Positions 18,838-31,156 of a stretch of DNA of 64,000 nucleotides are shown one piece after another. Under the pieces are notes generated by a model. The model had not been told where the DNA came from and ran no database searches. It was given only the letters and a program-made list of their open reading frames with translations. The stretch spans positions 62,001 to 126,000 of the forward strand of contig NW_027437431.1 of the NCBI RefSeq assembly GCF_964204645.1, written 5' to 3'. Made by a program: the position numbers and the translations under genes. The DNA is from Tubulanus polymorphus. Taxonomy: Eukaryota; Animalia; Nemertea. Position 1 is the first letter of the stretch; each line of letters begins with the position of its first letter.

Positions 18838-20241
18838 ATGGGAACTAAGTCGAGAAACTGGTCGTTCACAACCGACAATCGAGCAGAAGTCTGCCTCGAA
18901 AGTCAAATCGGAACGTCAACAGTAACCGTACACATAGGTCCGCAAGAAGATCCGGACGGTTACGCGCACGGAGTAATAATAACGTTAGCCAAAGGTACGC
19001 AACGACCGTTGAAACAGAGCGAAAACGCGATTAGACAACTGTTACACTCGCTAGGCATTAGATTAGTTAACGACTACATCAAACCGACGGAAAAATTAGG
19101 CGCCTACATTCAATACATGTACAAAGAAGCCGACAAAATACCGGAAGAATTACGAGGTCACTTGGAGGTGAAAAACTCGAAAACGAACGACGACTTTTTC
19201 GGCCAAAAGATAAACGCGTTATACGCGGAATACCAACAAAGACCGGGACTAGCCGATTGGACGGCGAGAATAGTGAAGGAGTTCGGTTACAACGTACCCG
19301 AACTGAAAGTGAAAAGATCGTTTAAAAATTGGCCGGTAAGGGTAAAAGATATTACGAGAAACGCGGGTGACTTTGCGTTGAAAATGACGGACATAACAGA
19401 GCCGAAATTGACGCCGGAAATGGGAGTAGAAATTATAACGAAATGCCTGGATAACGTTCAATCGGCGATGTGGGATGGTAAACATATAAATAAACGTGAC
19501 CTGCTGGTAATATTGGTGAACGCGGCGATCGAGGGAGGTACGAGTAAAATCAGAAACGCGCCTCATATAATATTTTACGGAGATGCCGGGTCTGGTAAAT
19601 CGATGTTGGCTAAATTATTGTTCCCGGATTCGATTACGAGCCAAATGCCGACGGATTCGGAAGGCGTAGGAGCGTGCGAGATGGGAGGAGGACAACGTAT
19701 ATTCAAAGTCGACGACGCCAGCGACGCTTTTTGGCACAACTCGGGGTTGTTGTCGATGATACTCGCGATGTACCAGTCCACCTGGGAGGCAAAAGTACAT
19801 TCTAGTAAACAAAGTAACCCGCCGTGTATGACGGTAATTACGACGAATTGTAAGAATCCGTTAGAGAAGTTCGCCTCTACAGTAGCTTTGGAAGCTGTGG
19901 AAAGGAGATTCTTGTCGGTGTATTTCAAAGGTAAAGTAGATTTGGGAAACGTAGTTTACGACATTACGCCGGGCGTATGCGAAGAAATATTAGAAATAAT
20001 AGTTAACGAAATTAGACAAGGTAGATATCTGGACAACCAAGTCCACTTGGACGACTGGGAAACGGATGATGACGTGGTGATACCGTTCGAAAAAGAAAGA
20101 AACTTCATCGAAGCGTACCACGTAGGTCACATGTCGGACGCGATGCATCAGAATATGGAGGAAAGGTTAAAACGTAAACGTAAAGAAGAAGACGATACGA
20201 ATGAAACTCTTAAGTTCGCTAAACGCGGGGAAATCCTGTAG
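18838..20241 (+). CDS. rep: Rep, copy 6 (A>V, KGKVDL)
   Basis: C>T at 19937. Confidence 0.9.
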   Translation: MGTKSRNWSFTTDNRAEVCLESQIGTSTVTVHIGPQEDPDGYAHGVIITLAKGTQRPLKQSENAIRQLLHSLGIRLVNDYIKPTEKLGAYIQYMYKEADKIPEELRGHLEVKNSKTNDDFFGQKINALYAEYQQRPGLADWTARIVKEFGYNVPELKVKRSFKNWPVRVKDITRNAGDFALKMTDITEPKLTPEMGVEIITKCLDNVQSAMWDGKHINKRDLLVILVNAAIEGGTSKIRNAPHIIFYGDAGSGKSMLAKLLFPDSITSQMPTDSEGVGACEMGGGQRIFKVDDASDAFWHNSGLLSMILAMYQSTWEAKVHSSKQSNPPCMTVITTNCKNPLEKFASTVALEAVERRFLSVYFKGKVDLGNVVYDITPGVCEEILEIIVNEIRQGRYLDNQVHLDDWETDDDVVIPFEKERNFIEAYHVGHMSDAMHQNMEERLKRKRKEEDDTNETLKFAKRGEIL

Positions 20242-20938
20242 TTGGCAATGTAAATAAATCTATAAATAGAATTCTATAAATTTCTCAATTCGTTACTACC
20301 AGTGGACCCGCAGACCCGCGGACCCACTGGCTGTTCGTTTTTCATGGTCTACCCCCCCTTATATATATAATAAGGAAAGAGAAGGAGGGTCCGCGGGTCC
20401 GCGGGTCTGCGGTATTCTCTAAACCGAGAATCGAAAAGTTAATGAAACTAGGTCGGAAAGATAACAAATTATTATTCAATATATCCTAAAGCTTCTACGA
20501 GGTTGGTCACGCGCTCGCTACGCTCGCCAGCGTGACACAACCTCGTGGACGCTCCAAAGATAATGAGTATGTGCTTGATAATGAGTGAATTAATTGGGAA
20601 CCCTATAGCGGGTAAAAGGTAAGAAGTAGAAATTATAGGGTTAGGGGTTATCATTATACTCGGATGCCCACAGCCCGTGGTGGTCTGTGACAGTGGAGGT
20701 TAGTTAAAGTTCGAGGCGTGTGACTAGTCGGGGGGAATAACATAGGCGGCTACGCCGCGATAGTTAGTCGGCAAGGTCGGCTGCGCCTCCGGCGGTACAG
20801 ATTACATCTGAGTGTATTAGTCTACCAACGGAAGCCCAAACCCTAAATAATATTAGTCGGAAAAATCTGAGTTAGAGGGTCGCAACCGGTTCAAACAATT
20901 TAACATCTCATACAGGTGACTCGTACTTTTAGTATCAA

Positions 20939-22021
20939 ATGCCATCGTTGAAACGGAGGCGAAACGGATTTACATTGCCCGGTTTACCACATTGCGGTCC
21001 ATTCAACGATATATCCAGTTACAAAAGCGAAGGAATAGACGAAGTGTGCCGTATTCACGACAAAGAGTACGGAGAACTGCAAGAGAAATACGGTAAATGG
21101 GCTCCGTACTTCCAGTACAATTCAGCGGATCAGACATTTTTGGACAGTGCTTCGGGTGTGAACGGTGTAGGTGCGAGACTAACGTCGAGTGTATTCAGAG
21201 CAAAACGGGCGTTATTTCCAACAATGGCGGAAGAACCGGCATTAAAAAGATCAAAGAGAACGGCGGAAACGGGGAGCGAAGAAGGGAACGCCCAACAAAT
21301 GATGACTCACATGACGGAAAAGCCGTCACTACACTATAAGAGCGTGTTAATACATAGAGGTTACCTAACGTTTACGAATTGGGATCCGGACCAGGCGTAC
21401 GGAGCATTCGGAAGAAAAGCGAAGATTTACTGTTCGGGAATGAGAACGTTTAACTTCGGATTAAAAGAAAGAGAAGGATGGAGAAGATTTCCAGCCAGCA
21501 TGGATACCATAGGGATGTGGGATCAATTCAAAGTGACTTCGGGTAAAATAACGTTATACCCCATAGCGAGCGAAAGCGCGGTAAGCTCTGATTCGAACGC
21601 GTTCCAAGATCCGATAGTATGGTTAAAGACGGCAGCCGATTGGGACTTGAAAGTGAAAGACTCGGCCGCCAATACTCACCAGGGATCGCCGTACGCCGAT
21701 ATAAATTTATTAACTCAAAAGCAAAGCTACAGGCAATACGAATTAGGTCGGGGATGCGTTAGCATGGGATTACCCATGTCGACCATAAGAACCGAAATAC
21801 AAGACACGAGTGACCCGACAGACGTTACCAGATCGGTGAATATCGGGGATAACTCGGCGTGGTTAGACGGAGCGTACCGCGATCATTGGCAATCAGCCGC
21901 GCTCATTATGCAAATGTTAGTGTACAACGATTCGATACACGCGGATTTAAACACGCCCCATACAGAAATTATCGTTCCAGCGGAAGTGGAGTTTACGATG
22001 ATTCATAGAAACAGAGTATAA
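20939..22021 (+). CDS. cap: PLA2-capsid protein, copy 7
   Basis: Same protein as copy 1. Confidence 0.88.
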   Translation: MPSLKRRRNGFTLPGLPHCGPFNDISSYKSEGIDEVCRIHDKEYGELQEKYGKWAPYFQYNSADQTFLDSASGVNGVGARLTSSVFRAKRALFPTMAEEPALKRSKRTAETGSEEGNAQQMMTHMTEKPSLHYKSVLIHRGYLTFTNWDPDQAYGAFGRKAKIYCSGMRTFNFGLKEREGWRRFPASMDTIGMWDQFKVTSGKITLYPIASESAVSSDSNAFQDPIVWLKTAADWDLKVKDSAANTHQGSPYADINLLTQKQSYRQYELGRGCVSMGLPMSTIRTEIQDTSDPTDVTRSVNIGDNSAWLDGAYRDHWQSAALIMQMLVYNDSIHADLNTPHTEIIVPAEVEFTMIHRNRV

Positions 22022-22243
22022 TATGATAATAACTTTCCTATTCTTGGCATCCGGTTTCCTACACGAGTACAAGTGGCACGTATATACTAAACGTATCATG
22101 AGTAGAACGCAACGATTCATGAAAATAAGAGACGAAGTGGCGAACGAGTGGGTCATCAAACACGACGTCAACGAAAATCGGGTACTAAGGGAACAACACA
22201 TTACAGAAGTAGCGAAAAGGATATTCTACTACCGGGAAAAACA

Positions 22244-23647
22244 ATGGGAACTAAGTCGAGAAACTGGTCGTTCACAACCGACAATCGAGCAGAAGTCTGC
22301 CTCGAAAGTCAAATCGGAACGTCAACAGTAACCGTACACATAGGTCCGCAAGAAGATCCGGACGGTTACGCGCACGGAGTAATAATAACGTTAGCCAAAG
22401 GTACGCAACGACCGTTGAAACAGAGCGAAAACGCGATTAGACAACTGTTACACTCGCTAGGCATTAGATTAGTTAACGACTACATCAAACCGACGGAAAA
22501 ATTAGGCGCCTACATTCAATACATGTACAAAGAAGCCGACAAAATACCGGAAGAATTACGAGGTCACTTGGAGGTGAAAAACTCGAAAACGAACGACGAC
22601 TTTTTCGGCCAAAAGATAAACGCGTTATACGCGGAATACCAACAAAGACCGGGACTAGCCGATTGGACGGCGAGAATAGTGAAGGAGTTCGGTTACAACG
22701 TACCCGAACTGAAAGTGAAAAGATCGTTTAAAAATTGGCCGGTAAGGGTAAAAGATATTACGAGAAACGCGGGTGACTTTGCGTTGAAAATGACGGACAT
22801 AACAGAGCCGAAATTGACGCCGGAAATGGGAGTAGAAATTATAACGAAATGCCTGGATAACGTTCAATCGGCGATGTGGGATGGTAAACATATAAATAAA
22901 CGTGACCTGCTGGTAATATTGGTGAACGCGGCGATCGAGGGAGGTACGAGTAAAATCAGAAACGCGCCTCATATAATATTTTACGGAGATGCCGGGTCTG
23001 GTAAATCGATGTTGGCTAAATTATTGTTCCCGGATTCGATTACGAGCCAAATGCCGACGGATTCGGAAGGCGTAGGAGCGTGCGAGATGGGAGGAGGACA
23101 ACGTATATTCAAAGTCGACGACGCCAGCGACGCTTTTTGGCACAACTCGGGGTTGTTGTCGATGATACTCGCGATGTACCAGTCCACCTGGGAGGCAAAA
23201 GTACATTCTAGTAAACAAAGTAACCCGCCGTGTATGACGGTAATTACGACGAATTGTAAGAATCCGTTAGAGAAGTTCGCCTCTACAGTAGCTTTGGAAG
23301 CTGTGGAAAGGAGATTCTTGTCGGTGTATTTCAAAGGTAAAGTAGATTTGGGAAACGTAGTTTACGACATTACGCCGGGCGTATGCGAAGAAATATTAGA
23401 AATAATAGTTAACGAAATTAGACAAGGTAGATATCTGGACAACCAAGTCCACTTGGACGACTGGGAAACGGATGATGACGTGGTGATACCGTTCGAAAAA
23501 GAAAGAAACTTCATCGAAGCGTACCACGTAGGTCACATGTCGGACGCGATGCATCAGAATATGGAGGAAAGGTTAAAACGTAAACGTAAAGAAGAAGACG
23601 ATACGAATGAAACTCTTAAGTTCGCTAAACGCGGGGAAATCCTGTAG
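22244..23647 (+). CDS. rep: Rep, copy 7 (A>V, KGKVDL)
   Basis: C>T at 23343. Confidence 0.9.
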   Translation: MGTKSRNWSFTTDNRAEVCLESQIGTSTVTVHIGPQEDPDGYAHGVIITLAKGTQRPLKQSENAIRQLLHSLGIRLVNDYIKPTEKLGAYIQYMYKEADKIPEELRGHLEVKNSKTNDDFFGQKINALYAEYQQRPGLADWTARIVKEFGYNVPELKVKRSFKNWPVRVKDITRNAGDFALKMTDITEPKLTPEMGVEIITKCLDNVQSAMWDGKHINKRDLLVILVNAAIEGGTSKIRNAPHIIFYGDAGSGKSMLAKLLFPDSITSQMPTDSEGVGACEMGGGQRIFKVDDASDAFWHNSGLLSMILAMYQSTWEAKVHSSKQSNPPCMTVITTNCKNPLEKFASTVALEAVERRFLSVYFKGKVDLGNVVYDITPGVCEEILEIIVNEIRQGRYLDNQVHLDDWETDDDVVIPFEKERNFIEAYHVGHMSDAMHQNMEERLKRKRKEEDDTNETLKFAKRGEIL

Positions 23648-24344
23648 TTGGCAATGTAAATAAATCTATAAATAGAATTCTATAAATTTCTCAATTCGTT
23701 ACTACCAGTGGACCCGCAGACCCGCGGACCCACTGGCTGTTCGTTTTTCATGGTCTACCCCCCCTTATATATATAATAAGGAAAGAGAAGGAGGGTCCGC
23801 GGGTCCGCGGGTCTGCGGTATTCTCTAAACCGAGAATCGAAAAGTTAATGAAACTAGGTCGGAAAGATAACAAATTATTATTCAATATATCCTAAAGCTT
23901 CTACGAGGTTGGTCACGCGCTCGCTACGCTCGCCAGCGTGACACAACCTCGTGGACGCTCCAAAGATAATGAGTATGTGCTTGATAATGAGTGAATTAAT
24001 TGGGAACCCTATAGCGGGTAAAAGGTAAGAAGTAGAAATTATAGGGTTAGGGGTTATCATTATACTCGGATGCCCACAGCCCGTGGTGGTCTGTGACAGT
24101 GGAGGTTAGTTAAAGTTCGAGGCGTGTGACTAGTCGGGGGGAATAACATAGGCGGCTACGCCGCGATAGTTAGTCGGCAAGGTCGGCTGCGCCTCCGGCG
24201 GTACAGATTACATCTGAGTGTATTAGTCTACCAACGGAAGCCCAAACCCTAAATAATATTAGTCGGAAAAATCTGAGTTAGAGGGTCGCAACCGGTTCAA
24301 ACAATTTAACATCTCATACAGGTGACTCGTACTTTTAGTATCAA

Positions 24345-25427
24345 ATGCCATCGTTGAAACGGAGGCGAAACGGATTTACATTGCCCGGTTTACCACATTG
24401 CGGTCCATTCAACGATATATCCAGTTACAAAAGCGAAGGAATAGACGAAGTGTGCCGTATTCACGACAAAGAGTACGGAGAACTGCAAGAGAAATACGGT
24501 AAATGGGCTCCGTACTTCCAGTACAATTCAGCGGATCAGACATTTTTGGACAGTGCTTCGGGTGTGAACGGTGTAGGTGCGAGACTAACGTCGAGTGTAT
24601 TCAGAGCAAAACGGGCGTTATTTCCAACAATGGCGGAAGAACCGGCATTAAAAAGATCAAAGAGAACGGCGGAAACGGGGAGCGAAGAAGGGAACGCCCA
24701 ACAAATGATGACTCACATGACGGAAAAGCCGTCACTACACTATAAGAGCGTGTTAATACATAGAGGTTACCTAACGTTTACGAATTGGGATCCGGACCAG
24801 GCGTACGGAGCATTCGGAAGAAAAGCGAAGATTTACTGTTCGGGAATGAGAACGTTTAACTTCGGATTAAAAGAAAGAGAAGGATGGAGAAGATTTCCAG
24901 CCAGCATGGATACCATAGGGATGTGGGATCAATTCAAAGTGACTTCGGGTAAAATAACGTTATACCCCATAGCGAGCGAAAGCGCGGTAAGCTCTGATTC
25001 GAACGCGTTCCAAGATCCGATAGTATGGTTAAAGACGGCAGCCGATTGGGACTTGAAAGTGAAAGACTCGGCCGCCAATACTCACCAGGGATCGCCGTAC
25101 GCCGATATAAATTTATTAACTCAAAAGCAAAGCTACAGGCAATACGAATTAGGTCGGGGATGCGTTAGCATGGGATTACCCATGTCGACCATAAGAACCG
25201 AAATACAAGACACGAGTGACCCGACAGACGTTACCAGATCGGTGAATATCGGGGATAACTCGGCGTGGTTAGACGGAGCGTACCGCGATCATTGGCAATC
25301 AGCCGCGCTCATTATGCAAATGTTAGTGTACAACGATTCGATACACGCGGATTTAAACACGCCCCATACAGAAATTATCGTTCCAGCGGAAGTGGAGTTT
25401 ACGATGATTCATAGAAACAGAGTATAA
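24345..25427 (+). CDS. cap: PLA2-capsid protein, copy 8
   Basis: Same protein as copy 1. Confidence 0.88.
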   Translation: MPSLKRRRNGFTLPGLPHCGPFNDISSYKSEGIDEVCRIHDKEYGELQEKYGKWAPYFQYNSADQTFLDSASGVNGVGARLTSSVFRAKRALFPTMAEEPALKRSKRTAETGSEEGNAQQMMTHMTEKPSLHYKSVLIHRGYLTFTNWDPDQAYGAFGRKAKIYCSGMRTFNFGLKEREGWRRFPASMDTIGMWDQFKVTSGKITLYPIASESAVSSDSNAFQDPIVWLKTAADWDLKVKDSAANTHQGSPYADINLLTQKQSYRQYELGRGCVSMGLPMSTIRTEIQDTSDPTDVTRSVNIGDNSAWLDGAYRDHWQSAALIMQMLVYNDSIHADLNTPHTEIIVPAEVEFTMIHRNRV

Positions 25428-25649
25428 TATGATAATAACTTTCCTATTCTTGGCATCCGGTTTCCTACACGAGTACAAGTGGCACGTATATACTAAACGT
25501 ATCATGAGTAGAACGCAACGATTCATGAAAATAAGAGACGAAGTGGCGAACGAGTGGGTCATCAAACACGACGTCAACGAAAATCGGGTACTAAGGGAAC
25601 AACACATTACAGAAGTAGCGAAAAGGATATTCTACTACCGGGAAAAACA

Positions 25650-27053
25650 ATGGGAACTAAGTCGAGAAACTGGTCGTTCACAACCGACAATCGAGCAGAA
25701 GTCTGCCTCGAAAGTCAAATCGGAACGTCAACAGTAACCGTACACATAGGTCCGCAAGAAGATCCGGACGGTTACGCGCACGGAGTAATAATAACGTTAG
25801 CCAAAGGTACGCAACGACCGTTGAAACAGAGCGAAAACGCGATTAGACAACTGTTACACTCGCTAGGCATTAGATTAGTTAACGACTACATCAAACCGAC
25901 GGAAAAATTAGGCGCCTACATTCAATACATGTACAAAGAAGCCGACAAAATACCGGAAGAATTACGAGGTCACTTGGAGGTGAAAAACTCGAAAACGAAC
26001 GACGACTTTTTCGGCCAAAAGATAAACGCGTTATACGCGGAATACCAACAAAGACCGGGACTAGCCGATTGGACGGCGAGAATAGTGAAGGAGTTCGGTT
26101 ACAACGTACCCGAACTGAAAGTGAAAAGATCGTTTAAAAATTGGCCGGTAAGGGTAAAAGATATTACGAGAAACGCGGGTGACTTTGCGTTGAAAATGAC
26201 GGACATAACAGAGCCGAAATTGACGCCGGAAATGGGAGTAGAAATTATAACGAAATGCCTGGATAACGTTCAATCGGCGATGTGGGATGGTAAACATATA
26301 AATAAACGTGACCTGCTGGTAATATTGGTGAACGCGGCGATCGAGGGAGGTACGAGTAAAATCAGAAACGCGCCTCATATAATATTTTACGGAGATGCCG
26401 GGTCTGGTAAATCGATGTTGGCTAAATTATTGTTCCCGGATTCGATTACGAGCCAAATGCCGACGGATTCGGAAGGCGTAGGAGCGTGCGAGATGGGAGG
26501 AGGACAACGTATATTCAAAGTCGACGACGCCAGCGACGCTTTTTGGCACAACTCGGGGTTGTTGTCGATGATACTCGCGATGTACCAGTCCACCTGGGAG
26601 GCAAAAGTACATTCTAGTAAACAAAGTAACCCGCCGTGTATGACGGTAATTACGACGAATTGTAAGAATCCGTTAGAGAAGTTCGCCTCTACAGTAGCTT
26701 TGGAAGCTGTGGAAAGGAGATTCTTGTCGGTGTATTTCAAAGGTAAAGCAGATTTGGGAAACGTAGTTTACGACATTACGCCGGGCGTATGCGAAGAAAT
26801 ATTAGAAATAATAGTTAACGAAATTAGACAAGGTAGATATCTGGACAACCAAGTCCACTTGGACGACTGGGAAACGGATGATGACGTGGTGATACCGTTC
26901 GAAAAAGAAAGAAACTTCATCGAAGCGTACCACGTAGGTCACATGTCGGACGCGATGCATCAGAATATGGAGGAAAGGTTAAAACGTAAACGTAAAGAAG
27001 AAGACGATACGAATGAAACTCTTAAGTTCGCTAAACGCGGGGAAATCCTGTAG
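25650..27053 (+). CDS. rep: Rep, copy 8
   Basis: Same protein as copy 1. Confidence 0.9.
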   Translation: MGTKSRNWSFTTDNRAEVCLESQIGTSTVTVHIGPQEDPDGYAHGVIITLAKGTQRPLKQSENAIRQLLHSLGIRLVNDYIKPTEKLGAYIQYMYKEADKIPEELRGHLEVKNSKTNDDFFGQKINALYAEYQQRPGLADWTARIVKEFGYNVPELKVKRSFKNWPVRVKDITRNAGDFALKMTDITEPKLTPEMGVEIITKCLDNVQSAMWDGKHINKRDLLVILVNAAIEGGTSKIRNAPHIIFYGDAGSGKSMLAKLLFPDSITSQMPTDSEGVGACEMGGGQRIFKVDDASDAFWHNSGLLSMILAMYQSTWEAKVHSSKQSNPPCMTVITTNCKNPLEKFASTVALEAVERRFLSVYFKGKADLGNVVYDITPGVCEEILEIIVNEIRQGRYLDNQVHLDDWETDDDVVIPFEKERNFIEAYHVGHMSDAMHQNMEERLKRKRKEEDDTNETLKFAKRGEIL

Positions 27054-27750
27054 TTGGCAATGTAAATAAATCTATAAATAGAATTCTATAAATTTCTCAA
27101 TTCGTTACTACCAGTGGACCCGCAGACCCGCGGACCCACTGGCTGTTCGTTTTTCATGGTCTACCCCCCCTTATATATATAATAAGGAAAGAGAAGGAGG
27201 GTCCGCGGGTCCGCGGGTCTGCGGTATTCTCTAAACCGAGAATCGAAAAGTTAATGAAACTAGGTCGGAAAGATAACAAATTATTATTCAATATATCCTA
27301 AAGCTTCTACGAGGTTGGTCACGCGCTCGCTACGCTCGCCAGCGTGACACAACCTCGTGGACGCTCCAAAGATAATGAGTATGTGCTTGATAATGAGTGA
27401 ATTAATTGGGAACCCTATAGCGGGTAAAAGGTAAGAAGTAGAAATTATAGGGTTAGGGGTTATCATTATACTCGGATGCCCACAGCCCGTGGTGGTCTGT
27501 GACAGTGGAGGTTAGTTAAAGTTCGAGGCGTGTGACTAGTCGGGGGGAATAACATAGGCGGCTACGCCGCGATAGTTAGTCGGCAAGGTCGGCTGCGCCT
27601 CCGGCGGTACAGATTACATCTGAGTGTATTAGTCTACCAACGGAAGCCCAAACCCTAAATAATATTAGTCGGAAAAATCTGAGTTAGAGGGTCGCAACCG
27701 GTTCAAACAATTTAACATCTCATACAGGTGACTCGTACTTTTAGTATCAA

Positions 27751-28833
27751 ATGCCATCGTTGAAACGGAGGCGAAACGGATTTACATTGCCCGGTTTACC
27801 ACATTGCGGTCCATTCAACGATATATCCAGTTACAAAAGCGAAGGAATAGACGAAGTGTGCCGTATTCACGACAAAGAGTACGGAGAACTGCAAGAGAAA
27901 TACGGTAAATGGGCTCCGTACTTCCAGTACAATTCAGCGGATCAGACATTTTTGGACAGTGCTTCGGGTGTGAACGGTGTAGGTGCGAGACTAACGTCGA
28001 GTGTATTCAGAGCAAAACGGGCGTTATTTCCAACAATGGCGGAAGAACCGGCATTAAAAAGATCAAAGAGAACGGCGGAAACGGGGAGCGAAGAAGGGAA
28101 CGCCCAACAAATGATGACTCACATGACGGAAAAGCCGTCACTACACTATAAGAGCGTGTTAATACATAGAGGTTACCTAACGTTTACGAATTGGGATCCG
28201 GACCAGGCGTACGGAGCATTCGGAAGAAAAGCGAAGATTTACTGTTCGGGAATGAGAACGTTTAACTTCGGATTAAAAGAAAGAGAAGGATGGAGAAGAT
28301 TTCCAGCCAGCATGGATACCATAGGGATGTGGGATCAATTCAAAGTGACTTCGGGTAAAATAACGTTATACCCCATAGCGAGCGAAAGCGCGGTAAGCTC
28401 TGATTCGAACGCGTTCCAAGATCCGATAGTATGGTTAAAGACGGCAGCCGATTGGGACTTGAAAGTGAAAGACTCGGCCGCCAATACTCACCAGGGATCG
28501 CCGTACGCCGATATAAATTTATTAACTCAAAAGCAAAGCTACAGGCAATACGAATTAGGTCGGGGATGCGTTAGCATGGGATTACCCATGTCGACCATAA
28601 GAACCGAAATACAAGACACGAGTGACCCGACAGACGTTACCAGATCGGTGAATATCGGGGATAACTCGGCGTGGTTAGACGGAGCGTACCGCGATCATTG
28701 GCAATCAGCCGCGCTCATTATGCAAATGTTAGTGTACAACGATTCGATACACGCGGATTTAAACACGCCCCATACAGAAATTATCGTTCCAGCGGAAGTG
28801 GAGTTTACGATGATTCATAGAAACAGAGTATAA
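27751..28833 (+). CDS. cap: PLA2-capsid protein, copy 9
   Basis: Same protein as copy 1. Confidence 0.88.
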   Translation: MPSLKRRRNGFTLPGLPHCGPFNDISSYKSEGIDEVCRIHDKEYGELQEKYGKWAPYFQYNSADQTFLDSASGVNGVGARLTSSVFRAKRALFPTMAEEPALKRSKRTAETGSEEGNAQQMMTHMTEKPSLHYKSVLIHRGYLTFTNWDPDQAYGAFGRKAKIYCSGMRTFNFGLKEREGWRRFPASMDTIGMWDQFKVTSGKITLYPIASESAVSSDSNAFQDPIVWLKTAADWDLKVKDSAANTHQGSPYADINLLTQKQSYRQYELGRGCVSMGLPMSTIRTEIQDTSDPTDVTRSVNIGDNSAWLDGAYRDHWQSAALIMQMLVYNDSIHADLNTPHTEIIVPAEVEFTMIHRNRV

Positions 28834-29055
28834 TATGATAATAACTTTCCTATTCTTGGCATCCGGTTTCCTACACGAGTACAAGTGGCACGTATATACT
28901 AAACGTATCATGAGTAGAACGCAACGATTCATGAAAATAAGAGACGAAGTGGCGAACGAGTGGGTCATCAAACACGACGTCAACGAAAATCGGGTACTAA
29001 GGGAACAACACATTACAGAAGTAGCGAAAAGGATATTCTACTACCGGGAAAAACA

Positions 29056-30459
29056 ATGGGAACTAAGTCGAGAAACTGGTCGTTCACAACCGACAATCGA
29101 GCAGAAGTCTGCCTCGAAAGTCAAATCGGAACGTCAACAGTAACCGTACACATAGGTCCGCAAGAAGATCCGGACGGTTACGCGCACGGAGTAATAATAA
29201 CGTTAGCCAAAGGTACGCAACGACCGTTGAAACAGAGCGAAAACGCGATTAGACAACTGTTACACTCGCTAGGCATTAGATTAGTTAACGACTACATCAA
29301 ACCGACGGAAAAATTAGGCGCCTACATTCAATACATGTACAAAGAAGCCGACAAAATACCGGAAGAATTACGAGGTCACTTGGAGGTGAAAAACTCGAAA
29401 ACGAACGACGACTTTTTCGGCCAAAAGATAAACGCGTTATACGCGGAATACCAACAAAGACCGGGACTAGCCGATTGGACGGCGAGAATAGTGAAGGAGT
29501 TCGGTTACAACGTACCCGAACTGAAAGTGAAAAGATCGTTTAAAAATTGGCCGGTAAGGGTAAAAGATATTACGAGAAACGCGGGTGACTTTGCGTTGAA
29601 AATGACGGACATAACAGAGCCGAAATTGACGCCGGAAATGGGAGTAGAAATTATAACGAAATGCCTGGATAACGTTCAATCGGCGATGTGGGATGGTAAA
29701 CATATAAATAAACGTGACCTGCTGGTAATATTGGTGAACGCGGCGATCGAGGGAGGTACGAGTAAAATCAGAAACGCGCCTCATATAATATTTTACGGAG
29801 ATGCCGGGTCTGGTAAATCGATGTTGGCTAAATTATTGTTCCCGGATTCGATTACGAGCCAAATGCCGACGGATTCGGAAGGCGTAGGAGCGTGCGAGAT
29901 GGGAGGAGGACAACGTATATTCAAAGTCGACGACGCCAGCGACGCTTTTTGGCACAACTCGGGGTTGTTGTCGATGATACTCGCGATGTACCAGTCCACC
30001 TGGGAGGCAAAAGTACATTCTAGTAAACAAAGTAACCCGCCGTGTATGACGGTAATTACGACGAATTGTAAGAATCCGTTAGAGAAGTTCGCCTCTACAG
30101 TAGCTTTGGAAGCTGTGGAAAGGAGATTCTTGTCGGTGTATTTCAAAGGTAAAGCAGATTTGGGAAACGTAGTTTACGACATTACGCCGGGCGTATGCGA
30201 AGAAATATTAGAAATAATAGTTAACGAAATTAGACAAGGTAGATATCTGGACAACCAAGTCCACTTGGACGACTGGGAAACGGATGATGACGTGGTGATA
30301 CCGTTCGAAAAAGAAAGAAACTTCATCGAAGCGTACCACGTAGGTCACATGTCGGACGCGATGCATCAGAATATGGAGGAAAGGTTAAAACGTAAACGTA
30401 AAGAAGAAGACGATACGAATGAAACTCTTAAGTTCGCTAAACGCGGGGAAATCCTGTAG
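29056..30459 (+). CDS. rep: Rep, copy 9
   Basis: Same protein as copy 1. Confidence 0.9.
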   Translation: MGTKSRNWSFTTDNRAEVCLESQIGTSTVTVHIGPQEDPDGYAHGVIITLAKGTQRPLKQSENAIRQLLHSLGIRLVNDYIKPTEKLGAYIQYMYKEADKIPEELRGHLEVKNSKTNDDFFGQKINALYAEYQQRPGLADWTARIVKEFGYNVPELKVKRSFKNWPVRVKDITRNAGDFALKMTDITEPKLTPEMGVEIITKCLDNVQSAMWDGKHINKRDLLVILVNAAIEGGTSKIRNAPHIIFYGDAGSGKSMLAKLLFPDSITSQMPTDSEGVGACEMGGGQRIFKVDDASDAFWHNSGLLSMILAMYQSTWEAKVHSSKQSNPPCMTVITTNCKNPLEKFASTVALEAVERRFLSVYFKGKADLGNVVYDITPGVCEEILEIIVNEIRQGRYLDNQVHLDDWETDDDVVIPFEKERNFIEAYHVGHMSDAMHQNMEERLKRKRKEEDDTNETLKFAKRGEIL

Positions 30460-31156
30460 TTGGCAATGTAAATAAATCTATAAATAGAATTCTATAAATT
30501 TCTCAATTCGTTACTACCAGTGGACCCGCAGACCCGCGGACCCACTGGCTGTTCGTTTTTCATGGTCTACCCCCCCTTATATATATAATAAGGAAAGAGA
30601 AGGAGGGTCCGCGGGTCCGCGGGTCTGCGGTATTCTCTAAACCGAGAATCGAAAAGTTAATGAAACTAGGTCGGAAAGATAACAAATTATTATTCAATAT
30701 ATCCTAAAGCTTCTACGAGGTTGGTCACGCGCTCGCTACGCTCGCCAGCGTGACACAACCTCGTGGACGCTCCAAAGATAATGAGTATGTGCTTGATAAT
30801 GAGTGAATTAATTGGGAACCCTATAGCGGGTAAAAGGTAAGAAGTAGAAATTATAGGGTTAGGGGTTATCATTATACTCGGATGCCCACAGCCCGTGGTG
30901 GTCTGTGACAGTGGAGGTTAGTTAAAGTTCGAGGCGTGTGACTAGTCGGGGGGAATAACATAGGCGGCTACGCCGCGATAGTTAGTCGGCAAGGTCGGCT
31001 GCGCCTCCGGCGGTACAGATTACATCTGAGTGTATTAGTCTACCAACGGAAGCCCAAACCCTAAATAATATTAGTCGGAAAAATCTGAGTTAGAGGGTCG
31101 CAACCGGTTCAAACAATTTAACATCTCATACAGGTGACTCGTACTTTTAGTATCAA

